Notes: a model not told the origin generated them from the letters alone. Shown: positions 27,953-37,875, numbered from the stretch's first letter. The stretch is DNA of 64,000 nucleotides from Candidatus Nomurabacteria bacterium (GCA_943357245.1 CALRGH010000001.1:13456-77455); one strand, 5' to 3'. Numbers and translations are program-made.

Positions 27953-30223
27953 CTATTTGGCATACTGCCCTGCCTCATCAAGCTTGATGGAAAGGACTTT
28001 TGAGACACTGTCGGAGCCAATGGTGACACCGTAGAGCACGCCAGCACGAGACATTGTTTCGCGATTGTGGGTGACGACAACGAGTTCTGATATGTGCGAG
28101 AGTCGCTCAATCATACTGCCGTATTTGCGAGAGTTCGCTTCATCGAGCGCAGCGTCAGTCTCATCGAGCACCAAAAATGGCGGCGGGTTTACTTGTGATA
28201 TTGCAAAGAGAAGCGCGATAGACGTAAGACTACGTTCCCCACCGGAGAGCATTGCGAGATCGCGCACTTTTTTCTGTGGCAGAGATACATGGACTTCGAC
28301 ACCACGTTCAAATCCTTCTTCGGCTTCTTCTGGTGAATCCGAAATGGACAAGTCCTCTTCGTCATCAGTTATTTTCGGCTTGCGCTTATGCATCATCGTC
28401 ACTTCGAGAAATGCGTCTCCCCCACCAAACATCACTTTGAAAAAATCTTTGAATTGCGTATTGATTTTGTGAATACCGCTTTTAAATTCTGCTTCGAGCT
28501 TCTCGCGCAGATCCATAATGAGCTCTTCTAAATTTTTGATTGCATCCGTTACATCAGCGAGTTCTTTTATTAAAAATGTATCGCGCTCTTGCGCTTCTTG
28601 ATATTCTTTTATGGTATCAATACCTGAACCGCCGCCGATTTCCTCGAGTTTTATTTTTGCACGTTCAAGTGTGTGTTTTAATGTTGCGCGTTCTTCGACA
28701 CTCAATACTTCCGGCGCATTGCGCGCAAGTTGGCCAATTTCTGGACCGATGAGCACACCACCTTCGCGAAGTTCTAAATCAAAGGCTTCGTTGTCGCGAG
28801 TATGTCTCTCTTCAACAAGCGTCAGCGCACGAAGCTCTGAAAGTGTTCGCTCGAACGCTTGGCGTGCTTCGTAATACGCACGTTCTTCTTCTCGAGCATT
28901 CGTGGTTTCGTACTTTATTTTTTCTTCTAAGACCTCAATCTCTTTTGTAATGTGTGCTTCTTGTTGTTGTAACTCTGTATACGTTGTTTGCGCAGCAGCT
29001 AGCTCTTGTTCGATGCGCGCAATATCGTCATGCGTTTTTTCTTCGTGCGCGGATTCTGCAATACTAGATTTAAATTGCGCAACCGCATGACGAATTGCGG
29101 TCAAGCGTTCCAATATTTCTTCTTTTGTAGATTCTGTAAATGCACGGTCTGCGTCTTCTAAAATGACGTCGCACAAGTTTGATACTTTTTCGTAGGATAT
29201 TGGTGCATGTTCATGATATGCCGTATGTACTGGCTTTTTGACAAGCTCGAGCGCACCTTCCAAACGACCAAGTACGCGAAGTAATGCATCTCGCTCTTCA
29301 GTTATTTTTCGGCGCTTTGCAATGAGCTCGATGCGTTCTTTCTGTTCAGCACTTTCAACACTGCCACCGTGCGACATTTTTTGTTCGTGCTCTGCGACAC
29401 TTTTTTCATGGAGTCGTTTTGCATCAAGCAGAGATTTTTTCTGCTCACCAATCGTTGCTTGTTCTTGTATGAGATATGCATGCACCGATGGCAAATATCT
29501 GCCGTACATTTCTTTTACTTCTTCGCGAAGTGATTTTGTGCGTTCTATTTTCTCAACTTGTTTTTTGAGGAACGTAATGTGCGGTGCGATTTCTCGGCGA
29601 AGACTTTGTGCCTCGCGCATATTCTCGCGAGATTTTTCTAATTTACGTTCGCTCTCACGAATACGATATTGATAGACTTTGAGCCCAAGCGCATCTTCGA
29701 TCATCTCTCGGCGATCTTTGGCACGTGCCGTAAGAATATGATCTGCCTCGCCTTGAGAGATAATGTGGTGACCGGATGCGCCAATGTGTACCGACGAGAG
29801 AAGTTCGACAATATCTTTGAGGCGCACATCCGTGCCATTTATTTTGTACGCTGATGAACCATCGGCGTACACTTCGCGAGTAATGGATATTTCATCAAAA
29901 TCTACGGAGAGTGCTCCGTCAGCTGACGGATCGCCCGCACTTGCGAATTGGAATTTGCGATTGTGATTATCAAAGACAATCGTGACTGATGCGCGTGACG
30001 GTGCGACGGTTCCCTTGCCTCCTTTGAAGATAAGATCAGTGCCACCTTTTCCGCGCAGCGATTTCATCGACTGTTCACCGAGCACGAAACGAATAGCTTC
30101 GACAACGTTTGATTTGCCCGAACCATTGGGACCAACAATGCCCGTGACCGGAGACGTAAAAATAAACTCGGTCTTCTTGCCGAATGATTTGAAACCGTTA
30201 AGTTCAAGGCGCTTGAGCGTCAT
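27953..30223 (-). CDS. SMC-family ATPase, short (756 aa) and apparently hinge-less
   Basis: N-terminal head MTLKRLELNGFKSFGKKTEFIFTSPVTGIVGPNGSGKSNVVEAIRFVLGEQS (Walker A). About 400 aa of coiled coil. C-terminal ABC signature LSGGERSLTSIALLFAI and Walker B FLVLDETDAALD. The ending VTHNRETMSRAGVLYGVTIGSDSVSKVLSIKL is typical of SMC. No hinge-like domain was found. Confidence 0.75.
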   Translation of the reverse strand: MTLKRLELNGFKSFGKKTEFIFTSPVTGIVGPNGSGKSNVVEAIRFVLGEQSMKSLRGKGGTDLIFKGGKGTVAPSRASVTIVFDNHNRKFQFASAGDPSADGALSVDFDEISITREVYADGSSAYKINGTDVRLKDIVELLSSVHIGASGHHIISQGEADHILTARAKDRREMIEDALGLKVYQYRIRESERKLEKSRENMREAQSLRREIAPHITFLKKQVEKIERTKSLREEVKEMYGRYLPSVHAYLIQEQATIGEQKKSLLDAKRLHEKSVAEHEQKMSHGGSVESAEQKERIELIAKRRKITEERDALLRVLGRLEGALELVKKPVHTAYHEHAPISYEKVSNLCDVILEDADRAFTESTKEEILERLTAIRHAVAQFKSSIAESAHEEKTHDDIARIEQELAAAQTTYTELQQQEAHITKEIEVLEEKIKYETTNAREEERAYYEARQAFERTLSELRALTLVEERHTRDNEAFDLELREGGVLIGPEIGQLARNAPEVLSVEERATLKHTLERAKIKLEEIGGGSGIDTIKEYQEAQERDTFLIKELADVTDAIKNLEELIMDLREKLEAEFKSGIHKINTQFKDFFKVMFGGGDAFLEVTMMHKRKPKITDDEEDLSISDSPEEAEEGFERGVEVHVSLPQKKVRDLAMLSGGERSLTSIALLFAISQVNPPPFLVLDETDAALDEANSRKYGSMIERLSHISELVVVTHNRETMSRAGVLYGVTIGSDSVSKVLSIKLDEAGQYAK

Positions 30224-30262
30224 AATATGCTTTTAATTATAACGTTAATTTGGTTATTTTGA

Positions 30263-30577
30263 ATGCTTGACAAATATATTTTAATATGCTATTATACCAA
30301 TAAACCATACAGTATGAAAAAGATAAAAATAGGAATGAATTCTTTGCTTTACTTTGCAAAAAAAGTTACCGAAACCGTTTCATTTATGAAGGAAAAAACA
30401 TTGATTAAAGCAGGTACCACATGGGAAATCGTTGAACCAGGCCCCGGTCATCTTGACAGCGGAGTGAGTTTAAAAAATATTGAAACCGGAAAAAGAATTT
30501 ATATTCATACACAAAGAGAATTTGCGGCGATACTATTAGATGAGAGCCATGAAATTTATGTTATAGAAAAACAATAA
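30263..30577 (+). CDS. hypothetical small protein (104 aa)
   Basis: ORF followed by three successive hairpins. Confidence 0.4.
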   Translation: MLDKYILICYYTNKPYSMKKIKIGMNSLLYFAKKVTETVSFMKEKTLIKAGTTWEIVEPGPGHLDSGVSLKNIETGKRIYIHTQREFAAILLDESHEIYVIEKQ

Positions 30578-30595
30578 AATTATTTCAAGTATTAC

Positions 30596-30623
30596 ATCAG
30601 CTCCTACGGGGCTGATTTTTTTA
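30596..30623 (+). terminator. hairpin ATCAGC-TCCTACGGG-GCTGAT plus T7 run
   Basis: Read directly downstream of 30263-30577. Confidence 0.55.
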
Positions 30624-30683
30624 TTTCGCGTTGGCCTGGGTCCCGATTTTCATCGGGGTGACACAGAGAACAATAACAAAAAA

Positions 30684-30718
30684 GGATTGGATTTGCTTCG
30701 CAAATCCAATCCTTTTTT
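30684..30718. terminator. bidirectional terminator GGATTGGATTTGC-TTC-GCAAATCCAATCC flanked by A5 and T6
   Basis: Perfect 13-bp stem. It serves the convergent genes 30263-30577 (+) and rnc (-). Confidence 0.8.
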
Positions 30719-30762
30719 GTGTGTTCACTAAACCCTAAGCCCTAAACGCTATACCCTATTTC

Positions 30763-31455
30763 CTAACTCCACTTCTTTGCCACAAGCGCAGCCTTAGCCG
30801 CTTCTTGTTCTGCCTCCTGTTTTGATTTCCCTTTTGCACTACCGAGCAATTCTTTGCCGACATAGACACCGATAGAAAATTGCTTATCGTGATCAGGACC
30901 AGATTGCGACAATACTTTGTACACCGGCGTGATGCCCATGTGTTCTTGTGCTTTTTCTTGGATCAAACTTTTTGGATCTTGCCACAATTTTTCTGCAACG
31001 ATTTGCTCGGTGAGTGGCAATAAATTTTGTGCAATAAAATCACTCGCCGCATCATAGCCGCGATCAAGATAAATCGCGCCGATAACTGCTTCAAAGGTAT
31101 TCGCAAGAATATAGTGACGCGCCTTGCCCAAATCTTTTGATTCACCGCGAGAGAGCATGAGATGCTCGTTCATATTTAATTTGCGCGCAACATCTGCGAT
31201 AGTATGTGAGTTCACAAGGGCAGCGCGATATGCGGTGAGTTCGCCTTCATTTTTCGTCGGATATTTTTTGTATAAAAACGACGTGACGACAAGTTCAAGA
31301 ACCGCATCGCCCAAAAATTCTAAGCGCTCGTTGTGGGAAAATCCAGTCTTCGGATTTTCATTGATATAGGACCGGTGCACAAATGCTTGCAAGAGTAAGT
31401 CTTTATTTGCAAAATGTACACCTATTGATTGCTCAAATGGAGTTAGATCTTTCAT
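30763..31455 (-). CDS. rnc: ribonuclease III
   Basis: RNase III signature ERLEFLGDAVLELVVTSFLY and a C-terminal dsRBD (KQEAEQEAAKAAL). Confidence 0.92.
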   Translation of the reverse strand: MKDLTPFEQSIGVHFANKDLLLQAFVHRSYINENPKTGFSHNERLEFLGDAVLELVVTSFLYKKYPTKNEGELTAYRAALVNSHTIADVARKLNMNEHLMLSRGESKDLGKARHYILANTFEAVIGAIYLDRGYDAASDFIAQNLLPLTEQIVAEKLWQDPKSLIQEKAQEHMGITPVYKVLSQSGPDHDKQFSIGVYVGKELLGSAKGKSKQEAEQEAAKAALVAKKWS

Positions 31456-31466
31456 GAGATTAGGTG

Positions 31467-31491
31467 CTAGGTTCTAGTTGCTAGGGTCTAG
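31467..31491. repeat. four tandem 7-bp units each carrying CTAG (CTAGGTT CTAGTTG CTAGGGT CTAG) 12-36 nt upstream of the rnc start codon
   Basis: CTAG is at 31467, 31474, 31481 and 31488. AGATCT palindromes flank the cluster at 31445 and 31516. Confidence 0.7.
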
Positions 31492-31546
31492 AGAAACTCT
31501 AAAACCGAAAAACTAAGATCTAGAAATAATTAATAAGGTCACATTT

Positions 31547-31587
31547 GCTCGCTTTTTCCAGATACCCGGTATCTGGAAAAAGCGAGC
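31547..31587. terminator. 19-bp perfect hairpin GCTCGCTTTTTCCAGATAC-CCG-GTATCTGGAAAAAGCGAGC immediately downstream of the nusB-nudix stop
   Basis: Read directly. No clear T-run follows. Confidence 0.6.
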
Positions 31588-31592
31588 TTGGT

Positions 31593-32501
31593 TTATACCA
31601 CAGGTTCGAGTGTGGTGATTTTTTCAATAGCTTGCGCGAGAATTGGGACGATATCGTCATATGTCTTGATTTCGCCAATATCCGACAACGGGAACCAGTC
31701 TGCCCCGTCCAAACCGCCTGAAGAGTGTAATTTGAGCTCTTGGTAAGGCGCTTCAGCTAGGAAGTAGTGTACTTCCTTCCGAATCTTACCTTTTTCTGGG
31801 TGAGATGCAACATAGTCGTTGAAACCGAGTTTTTCAACCACCGTAATCGACAATTCGAGTTCGTCTTTGATTTCGCGCTTCACGCCTTCAAATTCGTCTT
31901 CATCTGTCTCTACTCCACCTTTCGAAAGCGTCCAGTAACCGAAGACATCGTGCACAAGCGCAAGCAATGTCTGGCCATTATGCTTTGCAAAAATAACGGC
32001 GCCGACTTTTTTCTCAACAGGAAATTTTGCAGGGTCTGTTTCTTCGAATACTTTTTTCTTCTTGCTCACTTCGTCTTTGCCTGGCTCGCCGATTTCTTTG
32101 TAGACCGCGCCCAACACGCCGTTCACGAAACGGCCAGATGTCTCGCCACCAAAACTTTTTGCAAGTTCGATTGATTCATTGATAGCAACTTTTGGCGGGA
32201 CTTGTGTGCGATCACCAAAGAGAAGTTCTGCTAAACCAAGACGCAAAATATTTCGGTCAATGACATTGATTTTATCGATTGGCCATTCCGGTGCAGCTTT
32301 TTCAATAATTTCATCAATGATGGATTTCTTTTTAATCACCAAATCAACAAGCGATGCGATAAATGTTGAGTCATCAAGTCCTGGACCAAATTCAGCTTCG
32401 TTGCGTGCAAGCACGGTTGGAATATCACTTGCATACGCATTAAAATCCCACTCAAAGAGTGTTTGTAATGCTATAGATCGGGACAAGTGTCTGTTAGCCA
32501 T
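31593..32501 (-). CDS. nusB: transcription antitermination factor NusB fused to a C-terminal Nudix hydrolase domain
   Basis: The N-terminal roughly 150 aa are NusB-like (SRSIALQTLFEWDF...ELAKSFGGETSGRFVNGVLGAV). The C-terminal roughly 150 aa carry a Nudix box GGVETDEDEFEGVKREIKDELEL (G-x5-E-x7-REUxEExGU). Confidence 0.78.
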   Translation of the reverse strand: MANRHLSRSIALQTLFEWDFNAYASDIPTVLARNEAEFGPGLDDSTFIASLVDLVIKKKSIIDEIIEKAAPEWPIDKINVIDRNILRLGLAELLFGDRTQVPPKVAINESIELAKSFGGETSGRFVNGVLGAVYKEIGEPGKDEVSKKKKVFEETDPAKFPVEKKVGAVIFAKHNGQTLLALVHDVFGYWTLSKGGVETDEDEFEGVKREIKDELELSITVVEKLGFNDYVASHPEKGKIRKEVHYFLAEAPYQELKLHSSGGLDGADWFPLSDIGEIKTYDDIVPILAQAIEKITTLEPVV

Positions 32502-32540
32502 GGTATTGATTAAAGAGCGAAAGAACAGATTGAATAATAA

Positions 32541-32747
32541 TTACTTCTTTTTAGTGACTTTTTTAGCAACCTTTGCAAGAGTGTCGATGACTTTGCGTCC
32601 ACGGTACATGCCTGTCTTCATATCTACTCGATGACGAAGATGCACAGAGCCGGAGCTTGTGTCTTTTGTAAGGGCTTTAGCGGTCAAGCCGTGATGCGAG
32701 CGGCGATTTGCCGTATGTGCTCGCGTATGTCTCATGCGTACTACCAT
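32541..32747 (-). CDS. rpmF: 50S ribosomal protein L32
   Basis: 68 aa with RRSHHGLTA...GSVHLRHRVD...YRGRKVI, as in L32 (E. coli RRSHDALT...GEKHLRHH...YYRGRKVI). Confidence 0.85.
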   Translation of the reverse strand: MVVRMRHTRAHTANRRSHHGLTAKALTKDTSSGSVHLRHRVDMKTGMYRGRKVIDTLAKVAKKVTKKK

Positions 32748-32764
32748 GGGAAGACTATAGCATA

Positions 32765-33376
32765 TTATTGTTTTCTTGAAAAGTTCTTCAGAAATGAGCG
32801 CCGGTGGATTTCAGTAACACCATGTTTTTTAATGGCGGCATAGTGCGCGCGAGTGCCGTAGCCGACATGACGCTCAAATCCATATTCCGGATATTTTTTT
32901 GCTATTTTTTGCATATGGCCGTCGCGCATTACTTTTGCACAGATAGACGCGAGCGAAATAACGGGTATTTTTTCATCCCCTTTTATAATTGTCTGTTGAT
33001 TTTTATACTCAACTGGCGCTTTAAGTCCGCCGTCGAGGAAAATAAGTTGATAGCTTTTAGTGTTTAGCTTATAGAGAGAACGCGCAAGAGCAAAACGAAT
33101 CGCAGGCGCAATACCGATCTTGTCTATTTTTTGTGCGCTCACCATCGAGACAACAAAATCACACTTTCCTTCTTTTTGTAATTTTTTGATTTCGGCAAAC
33201 CATAATTCGCGTTGTAATTTTGAAAGTTTTTTGGAGTCGCGAAGGGGTAATTTGCCGAGCGATTTTTGCAGCAAAAATCGCTCGACTCCTTTTTCAGTAA
33301 TCATAAACGCACAAACCGCCACCGGTCCTGCCAGCGGTCCACGTCCCACTTCATCAATACCAACGATGTATTTCAT
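32765..33376 (-). CDS. rnhB: ribonuclease HII
   Basis: MKYIVGIDEVGRGPLAGPVAVCAF...RDSKKLS are RNase HII motifs. The start is taken at MKYIVGIDE; the longer annotated ORF adds 10 uncertain residues. Confidence 0.85.
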   Translation of the reverse strand: MKYIVGIDEVGRGPLAGPVAVCAFMITEKGVERFLLQKSLGKLPLRDSKKLSKLQRELWFAEIKKLQKEGKCDFVVSMVSAQKIDKIGIAPAIRFALARSLYKLNTKSYQLIFLDGGLKAPVEYKNQQTIIKGDEKIPVISLASICAKVMRDGHMQKIAKKYPEYGFERHVGYGTRAHYAAIKKHGVTEIHRRSFLKNFSRKQ

Positions 33377-33417
33377 GTCCCCATCATAGCAAAACCTCCC
33401 ATACATTGTAGGGGAGG

Positions 33418-33768
33418 TTATGATTTATCCATTTCTTTACTGAGATATAACTTTTCAAATTCAATTTTAGTAAGTTGCATTTGAAAAGGAAGAATATTGG
33501 TGGATATTTTCTTGTATCTGCGAATCACTTGTCTGCTTTTTATGTATCCGTATACAAAAGAAAAAACAAAACAAAAACCACCCGCACAAAAAAAGAAATA
33601 CCCAATTGTTGACAATTTTTTCGTAAGAAAAAAAATTCCTAAAAAAATAAGCCCACACCCAATAAGTCCTGTGTACAATACTTGCCAACTCGTACTTATT
33701 TCTTCTAATCGTGTTTCTTGTAAAGAATGAATTCTGCTTTTGATTTCTCCTGCTTCTTCATCTGTCAT
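33418..33768 (-). CDS. hypothetical small membrane protein (116 aa, 2 TM helices)
   Basis: Hydrophobic helices GLIGCGLIFLGIFFL and IGYFFFCAGGFCFVFSFVYGYI. It no longer overlaps dnaE once the dnaE start is corrected. Confidence 0.45.
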   Translation of the reverse strand: MTDEEAGEIKSRIHSLQETRLEEISTSWQVLYTGLIGCGLIFLGIFFLTKKLSTIGYFFFCAGGFCFVFSFVYGYIKSRQVIRRYKKISTNILPFQMQLTKIEFEKLYLSKEMDKS

Positions 33769-33843
33769 AAAACTGGGGTTTGTATGAGTATGTCATTATT
33801 TCTTTCTTTGTCAAGAATTCATCGTGTGCTGTATACTGTCACC

Positions 33844-36800
33844 ATGTCGGAAAAAAAGTTCGTCCACTTGCATACTCACTCTCACTATTCCCTCTTGGAC
33901 GGGCTTAATAAAATAGATAAACTCGTAAAAACTGCCAAAGAATCTGGCATGAATGCGCTTGCGCTCACCGATCACGGCACGATGTATGGCGCTATTGAAT
34001 TTTATCAAGCGTGTAAAAAAGCGGAAATCAAACCAATCATCGGCGTCGAAGCGTACATGGCAACGCGCTCGCGTTTTGATAAAGACGCAAATGTAGATAA
34101 TAAACGCTACCATCTCACCCTTCTCGCAAAAAATAATCAGGGCTATAAAAACTTAATGAAGCTCGTGACCCTCGCACATACCGAAGGCTACTATTACAAG
34201 CCACGCATGGATAAAGAAATCTTGCGACAGTACCACGAAGGACTCATCTGTCTTTCTGGGTGTCCAGGATCCGAACTCGGGCGAACGTTACGAGATAATG
34301 ATTTGGAAAGAGGACGAGCAATTGTCAAAGAATATTTGGATATATTCGGCAAGGAAAACTATTTTCTTGAATTCATGAACCATCCGGAAGTTGAAGGTAC
34401 GGAAGATTGGAAAAAGCACATCATCACCCTCGCACAAGAATTTGATTTAAAAATTGTCGGCACGTGGGATTCGCACTATTTACATATTGACGATGCAGAA
34501 GCACAAGATACACTCGTCGCTATCAATACCGGAAGCGAAGTCGGTAATGCAAAAATGTCGATGAAGTCGGGAAATTATTCGTTCATCAATGTCGATCAAG
34601 CGCATGAGGCATTTAAAGATGTCCCCGACGCAGCAAACAATACGCAATTTGTTGCAGATCTTATCGATGTCGAAATAGAACTCGGTAAATTATATTTTCC
34701 AGAATACAAATTAGAGAATAACGAAGACCCGAATGACGCGCTTAAGAAAATGTCGTACGACGGATTTGCACGTCTTGAACTTGCGCAAACTGATGAACTT
34801 ACGAAACGTCTCGAATATGAACTGGATATTATTAAAATAAAAGGATACCCGTCGTACTTTTTGGTCGTGGCAGACCTCATGCGATTTGCGCGCGAAAACG
34901 GCATTCTCACCAACACTCGAGGATCAGCTGCTGGTTCACTCACCTCATATCTCTGCGGTATTACCAACATCAATCCTGTTGAATACAATCTTCCTTTCGA
35001 GCGTTTTTTAAACCCACATCGTCCAAGTCCACCTGATGTGGATATGGATATTGCTGATACACGTCGTGATGAACTTATTGAATACGCACGTCATAAATAC
35101 GGTGAAGATCATGTAGCGCAGATTGGTACATTCGGTACGATGATGGCGCGCGGTGCGGTACGCGACGTGGCGCGAGCTCTCGGATATCCATACAACACCG
35201 GCGATACTATTTCAAAAATGATACCGATGGGTTCGCAGGGTTTTCCGATGACACTTGATCACGCAATGGAACTTGTTCCTGAACTTAAAGAAAAATACGA
35301 TACCGACCGAAGTGCAAAAGAAATTATTGATCTCGCCAAAAAAATAGAAGGGTCAGCACGACATATTTCGGTGCACGCAGCAGGTGTGGTTATTGCACCA
35401 AAACCAATTACCGAATTTACGCCAATACAGTTTGATCCGAAGGGGGGTAAATTAATTACCCAATACGATATGTATTCGATCGAAGATGCAGGATTGCCGA
35501 AATTTGATTTCCTTGGTATTCGCAACTTATCATTCTTGGCAGAATCACTCGAACTCGTGCGAACGCTCTACAACACACCCATCCAACTTGAGAAAATCCC
35601 TCTTGATGATAAAAAAACATTTGAGATGCTCGCTCGTGGCGAAACAGAAGGAGTGTTTCAATTAAACGGTGGCGGTATGACACAAAAATTAGTGCGACTG
35701 AAGCCAACAACTATTCATGACATCAATGTGATGGTTGCGCTCTATCGTCCAGGTCCGATGCAGACGATTGATGAATATATCGAACGAAAACAAGGCAAAC
35801 ACCCAGTGATATTTTATCATCCAAAAATGGCAAGTTATCTCCAGACAACATTCGGATTGCTTGTGTACCAAGACGATCTCCTCTTTACCGCTATCGAACT
35901 CGCTGGATACGACTGGGGCGAAGTTGATAAATTTCGAAAAGCCGTCGGTAAAAAAATTCCTGAAGAAATGGCGAAGCAACACGTAAAATTCGTCGAAGGA
36001 TGTCAGAAACATTCTGCAATGACAAAAGCTGAATCAGAAAAAATTTGGGAACTGTTCGAACCGTTCCAAGGATATGGTTTCAATAAAGCGCATGCGGCAA
36101 GTTATGGAAAATTGTCGTACCAGACGGCGTACATGAAAGCAAACTTCCCTGTCGCATACATGGCCGCGATGATGACGGCAGAATCTGGCGACATAGACAC
36201 TATCGGTATCTATGTGCGTGAAGCTGAACGTATGGGGATTAATGTATTACCTCCTGCGGTCAATGAAAGTTTTGGTGGATTTACCGTGATCCAAGAAGAA
36301 AATAAGACACTTATTGATAGTCGCGTGATACGTTTCGGATTGTATACGATTAAAAATCTGGGTACCGATATTGCGGATGCAATAATTGCAGAACGAAACA
36401 ATCCGCCAGCTGGCGGAGGCAAGTTTACCTCGCTTGAAAATTTCTTGGAACGAATCACGCACAAAAATTTGACGAAGAAATCAATGGAAGCACTCGCAAA
36501 AAGTGGAGCCTTCGATTCATTTGGTATTCCTCGTGCGACCATTGTTAACAATATGGAACTATTACTCACCTTTAATAAAGAGCACGCAAAAGCATCATCG
36601 CAAGTATCACTATTCGCAGATATTGGGCATACATTTTCGACTAATCTAACGCTTACCCAAGTGCCCGATAATGATAAAGAAAAATTAGCATGGGAAAAAG
36701 AGTTGCTTGGATTGTATATTTCCGGACACCCACTTGATCCTATTCGCGACAAAATAGAAGCAAATGGTATGACGATTAAAAAAATAAAAGAAGACGTCGC

Positions 36801-37056
36801 AAATGGCATGCCGGTCACGTTTGCGGCACTTGTGGAGCAATCAAAAACAGTTATGACAAAAAAAGGAGATCGCATGGCATTTATTACCATTTCTGATTTT
36901 ACCGGCAGTATTGAAGCGGTGGTATTCTCAAAATTATTTAAAGAACACTACGCCGCATTTGAAATAGATAAGTGCATTGCAATACAAGGTCATGTAACAT
37001 TGCGGAATGAAGAAAAAAGTATTGCGATAGATACCGTAAAAATTATTTCCGGATAA
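33844..37056 (+). CDS. dnaE: DNA polymerase III alpha subunit
   Basis: PHP domain MSEKKFVHLHTHSHYSLLDGL. The polymerase core and OB-fold are present. The start is moved from 33727 to the ATG at 33844 (MSEKKF), which removes the overlap with 33418-33768. Confidence 0.92.
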   Translation: MSEKKFVHLHTHSHYSLLDGLNKIDKLVKTAKESGMNALALTDHGTMYGAIEFYQACKKAEIKPIIGVEAYMATRSRFDKDANVDNKRYHLTLLAKNNQGYKNLMKLVTLAHTEGYYYKPRMDKEILRQYHEGLICLSGCPGSELGRTLRDNDLERGRAIVKEYLDIFGKENYFLEFMNHPEVEGTEDWKKHIITLAQEFDLKIVGTWDSHYLHIDDAEAQDTLVAINTGSEVGNAKMSMKSGNYSFINVDQAHEAFKDVPDAANNTQFVADLIDVEIELGKLYFPEYKLENNEDPNDALKKMSYDGFARLELAQTDELTKRLEYELDIIKIKGYPSYFLVVADLMRFARENGILTNTRGSAAGSLTSYLCGITNINPVEYNLPFERFLNPHRPSPPDVDMDIADTRRDELIEYARHKYGEDHVAQIGTFGTMMARGAVRDVARALGYPYNTGDTISKMIPMGSQGFPMTLDHAMELVPELKEKYDTDRSAKEIIDLAKKIEGSARHISVHAAGVVIAPKPITEFTPIQFDPKGGKLITQYDMYSIEDAGLPKFDFLGIRNLSFLAESLELVRTLYNTPIQLEKIPLDDKKTFEMLARGETEGVFQLNGGGMTQKLVRLKPTTIHDINVMVALYRPGPMQTIDEYIERKQGKHPVIFYHPKMASYLQTTFGLLVYQDDLLFTAIELAGYDWGEVDKFRKAVGKKIPEEMAKQHVKFVEGCQKHSAMTKAESEKIWELFEPFQGYGFNKAHAASYGKLSYQTAYMKANFPVAYMAAMMTAESGDIDTIGIYVREAERMGINVLPPAVNESFGGFTVIQEENKTLIDSRVIRFGLYTIKNLGTDIADAIIAERNNPPAGGGKFTSLENFLERITHKNLTKKSMEALAKSGAFDSFGIPRATIVNNMELLLTFNKEHAKASSQVSLFADIGHTFSTNLTLTQVPDNDKEKLAWEKELLGLYISGHPLDPIRDKIEANGMTIKKIKEDVANGMPVTFAALVEQSKTVMTKKGDRMAFITISDFTGSIEAVVFSKLFKEHYAAFEIDKCIAIQGHVTLRNEEKSIAIDTVKIISG

Positions 37057-37211
37057 CATCTTTTTCAAAGCACACATAAATTTTTGCTAAAATTTTGCTC
37101 TGCTCGATTCGTCAATCTGTGCAAGGCTTTAAAAAAGAAGTTATCCTCCACAGAGAGTCCTTAGCCCGCACATTTCTAAAGAAATGTGCTCCCTGTAATA
37201 AAAAAATAAAA

Positions 37212-37241
37212 ATATAGCCGAACAAATTTGTTCGGCTATAT
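37212..37241. terminator. perfect 15-bp-arm palindrome ATATAGCCGAACAAA/TTTGTTCGGCTATAT overlapping the stop of 37236-37790
   Basis: Read directly, preceded by an A-rich run. Confidence 0.6.
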
Positions 37242-37790
37242 GACTTCTTCTTTCTCTCTTTTCCTGTTTTTAACAAGTGAATACAATTCAATGACTTCAT
37301 CTTGATATGTCGTCTTTGATAAAGTACCGTCCTCTTTTTCTCGTGCAAATGGTCTACTAGGTCTTCCAAGTGCACTGTCTAAATAAGAAACTCCGGACAT
37401 AACTCGTTCAAAAAAAATCTCTTCAGGAAATTGCTGCAACACTGTAATTAATTGTTCAACATCATTCCGTACGACACCTTCATGATTTTCACTCCAATAA
37501 CCAAGAAGAGCTTGTAAGTGTGTTTGTGAAAACCAAAATGGATTGAGCACATATTGCGCGTATGTTTCTCGTGCTTGTTCTTTGTGGATAAGTCTTCGTG
37601 ACCACTCTTTTGCTTGAGTTCCACCTCCAGAATAATAAAAAATACAGCCGCAGGCAAAAGGAAATACGACAAGCATATAGTAACCGTACCCGAGCATGTT
37701 TGTAGAAAAGACGATAGCAAACACAACAGCCGCAACGAAACAAAACACTGAAATGAGAAAAAGGAGGTTATTATTTTCTTTTTTATTCAT
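37236..37790 (-). CDS. hypothetical membrane protein (184 aa, 3 TM helices)
   Basis: TM helices LLFLISVFCFVAAVVFAIVF and YYMLVVFPFACGCIFYY. Co-linear ORF. Confidence 0.5.
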   Translation of the reverse strand: MNKKENNNLLFLISVFCFVAAVVFAIVFSTNMLGYGYYMLVVFPFACGCIFYYSGGGTQAKEWSRRLIHKEQARETYAQYVLNPFWFSQTHLQALLGYWSENHEGVVRNDVEQLITVLQQFPEEIFFERVMSGVSYLDSALGRPSRPFAREKEDGTLSKTTYQDEVIELYSLVKNRKREKEEVI

Positions 37791-37875
37791 GTTAAAATTT
37801 TTTATTACTATACATTTGTCTTACAGAAATGACAAGCCCTTCGCCGGAAATATCCTTTGTGGTACAGTAGTACGT

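Noticed and set aside
30733-30767. Telomere-like CCCTAA repeats (four imperfect units) downstream of rnc
   Set aside because: Short, imperfect and internal to a bacterial intergenic region. It is most likely chance low-complexity sequence.
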